From: Mobula hypostoma
Taxonomy: Eukaryota
Assembly: GCF_963921235.1 (NCBI RefSeq)
Contig: NC_086097.1
Location: forward strand, 67,210,001 to 67,274,000
Length of the DNA: 64,000 bases
Reading direction: 5' to 3'
Shown: piece by piece, positions 14,151 through 25,897 of the stretch
How positions within the stretch are numbered: position 1 is the stretch's first letter
Layout: each line of letters starts with the position of its first letter
Translations under genes and position numbers: made by a program
The notes under the pieces: model-generated
The model's database searches: none
The model's input: only the letters and a program-made list of their open reading frames with translations
Told to the model about the DNA's origin: nothing

Positions 14151-14980
14151 CCCTCCAGTCTACTAGCACTTATCCATGGCTAACAATGATGCAAATAGCT
14201 CAGCCAAGATTCCTGCAATTTCTTCACTAGACTCCAGCGGTGTTCTTGGATATACCTGGTAAGGCTCTGGAGATTTGTTTGCCTTCGTATCTTTTAAGAT
14301 ATCTAACACCTCCTCTTCTGTAATGTGGGTTATCCCGAGACCTCCCCATTTATTTTTCCTAGTTCTGAAACCTTCATGACTTTCTCTACAGTAAAAACAG
14401 AGGAAACTATTCATTGACTATACCCATGCCCTGTGGCTTAACACAAAGATGCCCCATTTGGTCTTTGCCAGGTAACTTTCCTCTAATTTTTTTTTACAGC
14501 TGTTTGGACCAACCATTGCTCTGAGCAGGAAATTTTTACATGGCCTGAAAACTGCACAGCACTTTAAATGTTTTATTCTGTAATATGCATATTATGGTGT
14601 CATGGTCCTTTTGGCCACAAACATCCTACTTCTATTTCATGCTCCCAAAATTCGCCTTGCCCAGTTCAGAACTTGAACTTGTGGATCTGTTTGGCCTCTT
14701 TTCACTTCCATTTAAAACCTAATAGAACTATGGTCGCTTGTCCCAGAGTGCTCCTCCACTGTCACCTCAGTCACCTTCCATTATTCAAGAGTAGGTCGAA
14801 TTTGCCCTCTCCCTAGTGGCCTTTAATAGTATGGCAGTCCCAGTCTATGTTGGGGAAGTTAAAATCAGCGACTACGCCAAGTCATTTTTACAGCACAGCA
14901 CAATCTCTCGGCATATTTATTCTAATTGCTGTTCATTATTTGGGGGCATTTAGAACAATCCCAACAACGTGATCACGCCC
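14145..14980 (-). mobile_element. Degraded CR1 LINE fragments
   Basis: Minus ORF ITEEEVLDILKDTKANKSPEPYQVYPR...EEIAG (CR1 ORF2, KSPGPD region). Confidence 0.8.
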
Positions 14981-14999
14981 TGTCTCAGTACTGATGAGG

Positions 15000-15620
15000 C
15001 TGCTCGCTGTGAATCACTCATTTAGCTTCTCTCTGGTGCCGCTGCAACAGGTTATTTTTGGGCGCTGTCGCTGGGGTTTCGCTGTGCGGCCGCAGAGGGC
15101 GCAGCGAGCGGAGCCGTGCTCGACAGGACAGCGAGAGTGGAAGCGGCGTATCTCGGCTCAGGTCGCCGCGGCTGTGCGGCGCCATCGAAGCGAGACGGGC
15201 AGTGGCGCAGGTAATATCGGTGTAGCTCCGGATTCGCGGCCCAAGCTGCATCTGGGCGTCGTCGGTGTCCCCGGTCGTTGGAAGATGGGCGCCAGTTTGG
15301 GGGGTGCTTTGGGCCCAGGGCGGTGACGCTCCTGGGGCTGAGGTAACCGGGACACCGCTGGCCTTTGACAGGATGTTTGGCTCCCCCTCCACCCCGCCAG
15401 CGCGGTTGGTGAACAAGGAGAGGGAGGGAGGGAGGGAGGGGGCTGTTACAGCCCGCTCCGGCTCTGTCGTTCTCTGTGGCATCGCATATCATTGAGGGGC
15501 AGCAATGTGGGTCGGTGGCGCCTCTGGACCTGACTCGTTGGTATAGGTCTTCTACGATGCTCATGGATTCCCCCCCGTCTCCGGAGAACTAGGTCGGCAA
15601 GCTTTCTTGCACTCTGACGG
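15000..15620 (+). promoter_or_regulatory. sptssa: CpG island, probable sptssa promoter and non-coding first exon(s)
   Basis: The only extended non-repeat CpG/GC-rich stretch in the window. Candidate donors GCAG|GTAATA (15210/15211) and GAG|GTAACC (15342/15343). The sptssa ATG exon has an upstream acceptor, so an earlier exon is needed. Confidence 0.7.
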
Positions 15621-18199
15621 GGTGGCTGTGTTTGGTTTTAACAGCAGTCTTTAAACAACGGGATTGGTGTTTGAGAAATGGGGGATGAGACTGATAGATT
15701 GCCCTACTATCTTGGTTTTACTTCTATGGACTACTAAACTGCCTTCGGATGTAGTTTCTCTCTCAATCCCCTACCCCGCAAAATTCCTGTACTTAATATT
15801 TAAAATCAGAAATAGCATTTTCCCTAAAGATGTAAGGCCATCTATGTGCGTGTAAATGTACAGAATTTTGGATGTATTTTAATGTGGAACGGAAGCAAAC
15901 TAGTAATATGGGGGTGGGAGAAAATGGTGTATGCGATTATTTTAAATAGTAGGCAGGATATGATGGAGGTTATTGCTTTTTAAAATAGAGTAATTGTGGA
16001 TCAAATATAATTGGTATCTATCAGTAAGTTGTGAAAGGATAGAAGTGGCAGTAAAATCGGTGACTGAAGTTACATTTTCATTACTTAGCAGACCGAAGTT
16101 TATTTTATCTCTCTTCCCTGCATTGGGGGGGGGGGCATTTAAATTATATTGCCTAGATGTAGCTCAGAATGATAATGTTGCTTTTTTTTTGACTAATGGT
16201 TGACTGCAGTGGTGTGGTTATAAAATACACAAGTGTAGGGTCCTATTGACTTGCAGCTGTGCTGAAACAAAAGTAATGGACATGGTCACCAGTTCTAGGC
16301 TTCAGCATTTGAAGGATGCATCTAAATTGATAGGAATGAATGAACTTCCAAACAAGAAGAATGATATTTTATTGCCTACTGGAGATATATTAGTTATACA
16401 TTCCAACTTTTAGTTGTAATCATTGATTATGAACACTGTAAATTTCAAATTGGCAGTTAGATTTTAGATTTGCCCAGTTTTGAAGTGTGGCTAATTTTGC
16501 ATATTGTATCCAACACACATGAGTGTTTATGCATCACAAAAGCAATTGTATGAGATGATAATCTGACAAAACAAGAGTAACCTGCTCGAAAGAATGGAAG
16601 CTTGCTAATTGAGTTCTTGGGTGGAGACCTCTTTAAATACAATGGGTTTTTGACATAACTGAATAATGCACACTAACTGCAAGGTACCAATTTTATCTAA
16701 TGCAACTTTCAAACTTTTTTTAGTTGTATTTTTTAAACTTTGTAAAAGCTTGATTTTAACAATGAGAAAATCTGAATTTCCATAAATAATGTGATCAGAG
16801 AATGATATAGTATAAAAAGAGGCCTTTTGGCTGAACTATCTCATTGATCTGTAATCTCCTTTCCCTTTAAACAGAGTATTCACCCCTTTTCATTCTATAA
16901 TATTTCCTAATATTATCTTTGAAACACATTTCAGATCGCTTCTAAATTTTGCCTTTTTGTTACTGATGACTACTGACACTTCTGCCATAGGAAATAATTT
17001 CTACACGGTCTCTAAATTTTCTCCTTGGAGCAGTGACTAAGTAAACAATCCCACCTTCCCCATTCTTTCTATATAAACAAAGTCCCTGTTGTCATTCAAG
17101 TAAATTTCTTTTGCACTTCAGCCTTATTATGTGTGATACTCAGCTGAAGTATTTTGGTCACTTCTGGTCTAACTCTGGATAATTTCTGTTTTTCTTTAAT
17201 AGCTTCCCCAACATTTCCTGCCATCTTCAAAGATATTTTGAGCATATATCCCGTCTGTTTTTGCATCCTTATTAAAGCTTTATTGCTTTAATAGGGGTGC
17301 AAGAACAGATCTGTGTACAGTTGCTCATTTTGCCAGATGACATGGGCCATTCTGATATCTCTTGCATCCATTTCATTCCTTGCTACATACCCTCAACTTC
17401 ATTTTATTTGGAATTCTGCTCCACACCTCGAATGTCATCTAATCTATGCCAACAAGAATGGTGGTCTACTCATTCTATCCAAAAAGGTAAAGCAACCTTT
17501 TTAAAAATAGCTGTTTGTATAATTGTGTGATTGCTGTACCTTTAACTCTATAGGCTTTAATTTTGCTAGCAGTCTACTGTTGCATTTTATCGGTGCTTTT
17601 TAACATCCATGTTACACTACCCTTATGAGCACAGTTAGTAATGTCAAAGAGCTCAATTATTTCAATGCTCTTTGCATTTCAGAAATGTGTTTGTAATCCT
17701 ATGGGTCAGGCAATGGCACAAGTTGTTTGTGTTTGGCTTGGGTTTTGGGTTTTGTAAGTACCACGTCATTTGATCCCGGATTGTACTATCAAAACGACAC
17801 TCCATCACAGCAGTTGGACTGACTGGCCTATATTTTTCTTAGAGGGATTATACCTGAAATCTTCCTGTCTTTTTGTACCATCTCAGAGCAAAGCAGGATC
17901 AAAGGTTGTTTAGCATTTACCTGGGATGCATCTCACTCAGACAAGGTGTTTTGTTTCCCCATCCACTTTGAATATAGGCAATCTTTTAAATATTTGCTAT
18001 GTTCTTTGCTGTATCAGCAACTTCTTTCTCCAGTAAAGACCAACGCAAGGTGTATTTAGTACCTCACCTTTGCTTTCCAGCTGCCCTTATCACTCTTTCA
18101 CTTACCAGTCTTTCACTTATGTTTATGAAATAGTTTCTGCTTATTCTCCTTTTTATGTAGGCCTCTTATTCCTTGATTTGGATCACCTGTATATGTTTC

Positions 18200-19000
18200 A
18201 TATCAGAATTAAGTTTATTATTACTGACATTGTGAAATTTGTTGATTTGTGGAAGCAGTACAGTGCAAGACATAACAGTACTAAAAATATTTAGTGCAAA
18301 AAAAAGAATTATGGGATAGTGTTCCTGGGCCATTTTGAAATCTGGTGGCAGAGGGGAAGAAGCTGTTTTTGAAATGTTGAGTGTAGGTCTTCAGGGTCCT
18401 GTACCACTTCCCAATGGTAGCAAGGTGAAAAGGGCATGCCCCCAAAGACGATTGTCTTTAATGATGTATACCATCCTCTTGGCTAGCTGGTGGCGCAATG
18501 GCATCAGCACCCGACTCTGGAGTGAAGGTTCCCGAGTTCGAATCCAAGTTGGGCCATCCCCTGAGCACGCTTTCCATTTGTGCCGGGTTGAGCTTCGAGC
18601 TAGCCACTCGGCCTGGTTTTAAAAAAAAAAGGGTCGAGTCAGGAATGTTCATATTGTGACCCGGTTAATTTGCAAGGAGACCAATCCTGACACCACGCGC
18701 CAGACAAGAATGGCTGGCTGACTGGTGCGACACGCACCATCCTCTTGAGGCACTGCCTTTTGAAGGTGTCCTTGTTGACAGGGAAGGTTGTTCCTGTGAT
18801 GGAACTAGCTGCGTCTGTAATGCTCTGCATCCTATTGAGGCTCCACACCAGACTGTGATGCAGCCAGTCAGAATGTACTCCACCGTACACCTGAAGAGAT
18901 TTGCAGGAGTTTTTAGTGACGTACCATATCTCTTCAAACTCCTAATGAATTAGTCGCTGACGTGCATTCTTTTTGTTTGCATCAATAGGATAGGTCCAGG
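18200..19000 (-). mobile_element. Rex1/Babar LINE 3' fragment interrupted by a SINE
   Basis: Minus ORF LFRCTVEYILTGCITVW (Rex1 C-terminal motif) and the shared 3' tail. Confidence 0.8.
18482..18735 (+). mobile_element. tRNA-derived SINE with TSD
   Basis: A box TGGCGCAATGG, B box GTTCGAATCC, and a 12-bp TSD ACCATCCTCTTG (18470-18481, 18736-18747). Confidence 0.85.
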
Positions 19001-19547
19001 AATAGATGCTCTGCTGTGGTATGACTATGCCTTTTGTCAGCCTGATATTTTCCTTTCATTTTATTATCTAATATGCTTTCTTTAAACATATTCCTTTCCT
19101 GTGTGGAAATTTTCTTTAGATCTAGGATCATTAATAAATCATTTTGCCCTCAAGTATGTCATTGAGATCACTGGTGATCTGTGACATTTTCCAAATACTT
19201 ACAGTAGACAGTAGCAAATCTGTAATTTTCACATTTAAAGCTGATAATCTGCTCATGTTATGCAGATGAGTGCACAGGTAATGCCTGCATTTGTTGCCCA
19301 TCCCAAACTGACCCTGAACTGAGAATGATCAACAACATTGATGTGACTAGAATCACTTTCGGGCCACAACGGGGAAGGTTTTATTTATTTATTTTTAAAA
19401 TTCATTTATATGATGTGGGTGTTGCCAGCTAAACCAGCATTTATTGCTCATCCCTAGTTGCCTTGAGAAGGTGGTTCTATTCATTCCTCTTTTCTTGATG
19501 TTTGCTCCTTGTTGAGCAGTTATGGAACTGAATTGTTTTAAATATTA

Positions 19548-21082
19548 CAGTGTCGATAAAGAATTCAATGCCCCCCCCCCAGAAGTTTTCATGTTTTGTT
19601 GTTTTACAATACTGAATCACTTTTTTTTACACTGGTCAACAGAAAAAAGACTCTTTTATGTCAAGGTGATCTCTATAAAGTGATGTAAATTAATTATAAT
19701 ATAAGGCAAAATAATTGTTTGCATAAGTATTCACCCCCTTTAAGTCAGTGTTTAGTAGATGTACCTTTGGTAGCAATTACAGCCTTGAGTCTGTGTGGAT
19801 AGGTCTCTATCAGCTTTGCACATCTGGACACTGCAATTTTTCCCCATTCTTCTTTACAAAACTGCACAAGCTCTGTCAGATTGCAGGGGGTTCGTGAGTG
19901 AACAGCCCTTTTCAAGTCCAGCCACAAATTCTCATTCTAGGACATTGACTTTGTTGTTTTTCAGCCATTCCTGTGTAGCTTTGGCTTTATACTTGGGGTC
20001 ATTTTCTTGCTGGAAAACGAATCTTCTCCCAAGTTGCAGTTCTCTTGCAGGCCGTATCAGGTTTTCTTCCAGGATTTCCCTGTATTTTTCTGTGTTCATT
20101 TTACTCTCCACCTTCACAAGCCTTCCAGGTCCTGCTGCAGTGAAGCATCCCTACAGCATAATGCAGTCACCACCATGCTTCATGGTATGGATAGTGTGTT
20201 TTTAATGTGTGGTGTTTGGCTTATGCCAAACATAGTGTTTAGTCTGATGGCCAGAAAGCTCAATTTTGGTTTCATCAGATCATAAAACCTTCTAGCTGAC
20301 ATCAGAGTCTCCCACGTGCCGTCTGGCAAACTCTAGCTGAGATTTCATGAGTTTTTTTTCAATAGTGGCTTTCTCTTTGCCACTCATAAAACACCCAGGC
20401 AACAGTTGTTGTATGCGCAGACTCTCCCATCTCAGCCACTGAAGCTTGTAACTTCTGGAAATTTGTTTTAGTGTTTTGGGGGCCTCCCTCACTAGTCCCT
20501 TCTTGCGCGGTCACTCTGTCTTTGAGGACGACCTGCTCTATGCAGATTTACAACTGTGCCATGTTCTTTCCATTTCTTGATTGACTTAACTCAGGATACT
20601 CATTGACTTGGAAATTTTCTTGTATCCATCTCCTGAGTTGTGCTTTTCATTAACCTTTCTGCAGAGTTGCTTGGAGTGTTCTTTTGTCTTCATGCTGTAG
20701 TTTTTGACAGGATACTGAATCACCAGCAGTTGAAACTTCCAGATACAGGTGCATTTTTACTACAGTCAATTGAAACACTTATTGACACAAGTGATCTCTA
20801 ACTAATTATCTGACTTCTAAAACCGATTGGCTGCACCAGTGATGATTTGTTGTCATATTATGGAGGGGGGAAGGGTGAATACATATGCAATCAATTATTT
20901 TGTGTTTTTTATTTGTAATTAATTTAGATTGCTGTGTAGAGATCTGTTTTCACTTTGACAGGATAGTATTTTTCTGTTGATCAGTGTAAAAAAAAAGCCA
21001 AATTAAATCCATTGTGAATGATTGTTGTAAAACAAAATATGAAAACTTCTTGGGGGGGGGTGAAGGCTTTTTATAGGTATTG
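19548..21082 (-). mobile_element. Full-length, decayed Tc1 transposon
   Basis: TA-CAGTG left end with long imperfect TIRs. Transposase fragments FVFQQENDPKYKAKATQEWL and WLDLKRAVH...CKEEWGKI...LIETYPHRLKAVIATKG. Confidence 0.9.
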
Positions 21083-21719
21083 TGGGTTACTCTCTGGTAA
21101 ATTATGTCAATAGGTGCAAGTTGTTACATATTTTAAAGCTGCATTGGAATTGCATGTGCAGTATTTTAAGGGTATAATATAACTCCAGTAAGTTGGAGAA
21201 TAGGAGCAGATAGATATAAATAGGACTTGTATTTTGTTTAAAAATGCAAAGCACATAATCTGGAGTCTTTTATTTCAGTTGATCTGTAAGCCTTTACCAA
21301 TCTTATTGTTCAATAATGTAGGTATATAGCCTAAAATCGATCCACTTTTGTCAGTATGCAAGGTGAACGTGACTACTGAGAAGTCTGTGGAAAATTCTGC
21401 AGACAGAAACATGTGACTTCATAATTGGGAGCAAATACACAGTGTTGTTTTCTGGCTCTTGACATGCATATATATCTTCATTGATTGCAGTCCTATGCTG
21501 CTTCTATATTCACCCTTCAGTTGGGAGCCACATTTACTGTTGCCAAAATATGGTGATTGGGCTTTTTCTTGCTCTTTTCTCTCTGACATGCTAAGATGTA
21601 ATGGCTATGATGTGATTTTCCTCCAGTTGCAGGATGTAGGAAATATTTGAAGCATCAGCACCAATAATAGTGTTAGCAAACGTAAACAGACATTGTGTGT
21701 AAACATAATGTATGCAAAC

Positions 21720-22190
21720 TTCAGAGGAATTGATGAAAAGTAGTAATATTGTTGATGGTGAGTAGCGTACTCGGGCTACAGAATGTTACTGATCAGCTGG
21801 TAAGATGGGCAGGGCAGGGCAGATGGAATTTAATTCTTATATGTGTGAGATGATGCAATTTTTTGGGATGGGGATCCAATAAGGAAAGGACCTAGCAGGT
21901 TCTGAGAGAGTTTTGAGGAACAATAATTTACAATTGCAAAGGTTTGTGAAGGTGGCAGCATAGGTGGATAGGGTAGTGAAGGAGGCAGATGGGATACTTG
22001 TCATTAGCTGGTGCATGGATTGCAATCTGCAGCACAATCTGGGGGCAGATGCTCTCATAGCATTTAAACGACACCCGCACTAGCTCTCAAATTGCCAAGG
22101 CTTGACGCGCTGTGGTGAACAGGCTTAGTATTGATAGGTACTTGGCATAGATGTGGAGGGCACAAGGGCTTGTTTCTCTGTTCCATGATT
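21720..22190 (+). mobile_element. Degraded CR1 3' fragment
   Basis: Resembles the CR1 ORF2 end (WA..WQMEFN) and 3' UTR. Confidence 0.55.
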
Positions 22191-22269
22191 TGCCATATGA
22201 CAGTGTTGTTCATAAAGGTCAGAACTTGGGGATAAATGGAAGATAAGACTGTTTTGTATAACTGTTTAA

Positions 22270-22796
22270 AAAAAAATGTCAAGCCACTCCACTTGAGTTT
22301 GAGGAGAATTGGTGTGCCACCAAAGACACTCACAAATTTCTACAGATGTGCCATGGAGAGCATTCTAACTGGTTGCATCACCGTCTGGTATGGAGGGGCC
22401 TCTGCCCAGGGTTAGAAAAAGCTGCAGAAAGTTGTAAGTTTTGCCAGCTCCATCATGGGCACTGCCATCAAGGACCCCTTCAAAAGTCGATGCCTCAAAC
22501 TCGGCATCCATCATTGAGGATCCGATCACCCAGAACATTCCCTCTTATTGCTACTATCCGGGAGGAGGTACACTGAAGACACACTCAACATTTCAGGTAC
22601 AGCTTCTTCCCCCCGTCATCAGATTTCTGAATGGACAATGAACCCATGAACACTGCCTCAGTATTTTTCCCTCTCTTTTTGCACTACTTATTTAAGTTTC
22701 AGGTATATTTGTAGTTTTTTATTATTATGTATTGCCATTTAGTGCCACCATAAAACAAATATCATGACATATGCCAATAATATTAAATCTGATTCT
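22270..22796 (+). mobile_element. Rex1/Babar LINE 3' fragment
   Basis: NFYRCAMESILTGCITVWYG motif; ends in a TCTGAT tail. Confidence 0.8.
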
Positions 22797-23105
22797 TCCA
22801 GTAGGTTGAAGATTGGATTCACAGCCTGTGATGATTTAAACCATATGCAAATACCTTTGGAATATATGTTCAGATGCACACTTGTTCCTGTGGTATTTAG
22901 AAGCAACATTTCTATTTTGGAACAAGCATTTCTAATGGGATTTCATGATGTTACTTGATGTTATTTGTCTCTCCCAATTTTAACCAAAATTAACTTTTTT
23001 TGCGTGCAAAAAAGTTGCATTATTTTTGTTTGAAATAATGTAGCTTCATAGAGTTGTTGGCACAGTAAATGGAGTGCTCATTATTAATATGTATATTTTC
23101 TCTAG

Positions 23106-23139
23106 CTTGCAACCTTTGGAGGAATCCAAAGCAGTGACC
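23106..23139 (+). other. sptssa: sptssa 5' UTR part of the first coding exon
   Basis: Acceptor TTTTCTCTAG ends at 23105. Good Kozak context ACCATGG at 23140. Confidence 0.65.
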
Positions 23140-23242
23140 ATGGCACTGGGGACAGCGTGGAAACAGATGTCTTGGCTTTACTACCAGTACCTGTTGGTTA
23201 CAGCACTGTATATGCTTGAGCCATGGGAAAGGACCATATTCA
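23140..23242 (+). CDS. sptssa: Serine palmitoyltransferase small subunit A, coding exon 1
   Basis: MALGTAWKQMSWLYYQYLLVTALYMLEPWERTIF is near-identical to human SPTSSA MALARAWKQMSWFYYQYLLVTALYMLEPWERTVF. Ends in phase 1 at A|GTATCCTT. Confidence 0.97.
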
Positions 23243-23519
23243 GTATCCTTCTAAAATATGTTTTGTCATTTTGTTTGTGTAAGGTTTAAAAGCAGGAAGC
23301 AAATTGCACAAGATGCAAAGCGCTTTGCCAACAATAAATGTGCATGTCCTTGAACATCAAAGGCTTTAAAAAAAATTCAGGGAACTGAAGAGCAAGAATT
23401 GCTGTAGTAGCATTTAAAGTAATCAATATTTGTTACAGACAGTATCATGGACTTGTCTGAAAGTACAAAGTGGATTGGGTAAGACCTTTTTTGAATATTA
23501 CCCTTGCTTATGATGGTTA

Positions 23520-23824
23520 AGGCGCGTGGCCAAGTGGTTAAGGCGTTCGTCTAGTGATTTGACAGTCGCTAGTTTGAGCCTTGGCTGAGGCAGTGTGTGT
23601 GTCCTTGAGCAAGGCACTTAACCACACATTGCCCTGCGATGACACCGGTGCCAAGCTGTATCGGCCCTAGTGCCCTTCCCTTGGACAACATCGGTGGCGT
23701 GGAGAGGGGAGACTTGCAGCATGGGCAACTGCTGGTCTTCCATACAACCTTGCCCAGGCCTGCGCCCTGGAAACTTCCCAAGGCGCAAATCCATGGTCTC
23801 ATGAGACTAACGGATGCCTATTTA
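23520..23824 (+). mobile_element. Young tRNA-derived CORE-like SINE with RTE-like tail
   Basis: A box TGGCCAAGTGG, CORE-like GTGTCCTTGAGCAAGGCACTTAACC, 13-bp TSD CTTATGATGGTTA (23507-23519, 23825-23837). Confidence 0.85.
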
Positions 23825-24312
23825 CTTATGATGGTTACTTGTAGTGAAATACTGTGTGGTGTCTTTAAAGGCCTCTTATTATCAATTGTATTTTTTTTAA
23901 ACTGGTGTGTGTTCCAATTTAACATGTCCTTCAGGATATCTTGTGAAATACTGAAACAGGTACTTTGGCCCTTTTTATTTTATTTCCTAAATCTTCTGAC
24001 AATGCTGTAACCAGTAATATTATTCTGATGTTTTTGCTGAAGTAGAAACAGTTCCTTGCTTTCTCTGGTGTGAAAGTCAAGTAATTGGAAGTCCAAGTTC
24101 AAGCTCAAGCTCCCACTGTTCTTTACCGGAAATTTCCCTTTGCCTTGGCTGTTGGACTCTTCTTGAAATTTTGTGATGGAGTAAATTTGCCCTTTTGTAG
24201 AAAAGTTTTTCCCAATAATCCTGTTCTAGCTCGCCAGGGAGCTTGTTCGAAAAGGAAGAAGTGAAATAGTAATTTATTTTGTTTTTCCAGTGCTTTTGTT
24301 TTAATAGATTTA

Positions 24313-25603
24313 TTTTTAAAAAATTTTTATTTTTATTTGGATAAGGAATTCACAAGTATCGTACTTTTTTCACATGTATAACCTTTTCCATTTTTTTATA
24401 TGTATAAAACTATAATTATTTATACATTCCTAAGTACACATTAAGATGATATAAAAAGAAATTAAACACTTAAATAGATAATTATGTGCAGTTGAAATTC
24501 TAATCTATTAGGCTAAGTAATGATATTTAGTTGTTAAGAAAAATAGTAATAATAGTGGATTAATAATAATTTCCATATATCTCTTCTGGACCATTTCTTC
24601 TGGTCCAAAATGTTGTATGTAAGCCTATGTAACAACCATTGTAGGTGTTTATATTCTAACTTGTTCATGCTTGCTCCTGCCCCCAAACATAATTATCCAA
24701 TCCCTATGTACTTATTTACTTAATTTTATCATTTTTTTATCCCTTTCCCAAATCTTTTCCTTTACTTGTGTTAATTCTCTATTTTCCAAAAAAAAACAAA
24801 AGCAGTAAACATTTAGACCGGGGTGCTTACGTTAGCAATATTACTGTGTTGATGAGAAGAGCAGTATAAATCATTAGGTGAGTCATCTAAAATATGCTCG
24901 CTTTGGGGTTATATATTCAATCCATTTATTCCAGATTTGATAAAATTTTTCTTTTTGAATTCTCAGGGAGTAAGTCATCTTTTCCATTTTAAATATTTCC
25001 AAGATAATTTCGTGCCAATCTTCTAATGTAGGTGGTATTGGATTTAGCCACTTTCTAGTGATTGATTTCTTACTTGCCGCTAAAAGGGCCTGCAGCAACT
25101 TTATATCTTTCTTCTGTTCAAGAAACAATACATGCCCCAAATAGAGCATCTCAAAGTTCAGAGGTATCTGGGTCTTAAGTACCTTAATTAATGTTCTATG
25201 AATACCTTTCCAATATAAACTTAATTTAGGGCAATCCCAGAAAATATGGAAATGATTTGCCTCCTTGGAGCCGCACCTTCTCCAACACATCACATTTGTG
25301 TCTTTATATTTTTCCTGATATGGGGTCTTGAAGTATCTTACATTATTTTTCCAACAATGTTCTCTCCAAGTCAAAGAATTAGTCGAAGACCACTGAAAGC
25401 TGCATATTTTTTCCCCCAAGCCTCCTCTGAAAGTACCAACCCTGCTTCTTTCTCCCATTTCTCTTTAACATACAATGTGTTTACATTTTTAGCATGGGAG
25501 AGTGCATTATATAATCGAGAAACTGATTTACTGGGTATTGAACTGCAAGCCGAATTCAGAATCTTGAAAAATTCTAATTCTATTGTTGATCAGTCTGTAT
25601 ATG
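24313..25603 (-). mobile_element. 5'-truncated L1-clade LINE
   Basis: ORF2 C-terminal CCHC CWRRCGSKEANHFHIFWDC, A-rich tail, 16-bp TSD TGTTTTAATAGATTTA (24297-24312, 25604-25619). Confidence 0.92.
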
Positions 25604-25897
25604 TGTTTTAATAGATTTAATAATTAAATGGTTTTGAGTATTGGTGCCAGCCAGGTGTTTCGGTACAGTTGGCTTTGGCGGGCCATTCAGGCTTAGTGAC
25701 TTGGCTTCACCAACAATTACAATTCTTCAGGTTTGCCATTTGGTGGGATCCTGTGCTACTGTAGGTTTTGGCAATCAACTTAGTGCCCACCTCTTAGCTC
25801 AAAGGTTTGTGATACCGGGAGATAGATTGAAGATTTGAGTAGAAAACTGAAATATTTAAGTTGCTGGCAGTACTTTCTCGATTTTCAAGGGAGTATA

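Noticed and set aside
14994..15564. Several overlapping 110-170 aa ORFs on both strands
   Set aside because: Expected in a GC-rich CpG island; low-complexity Arg/Pro/Ala peptides with no recognisable homology.
18482..23600. tRNA genes at 18482 and 23520
   Set aside because: The A/B boxes are SINE heads flanked by TSDs; no complete cloverleaf.
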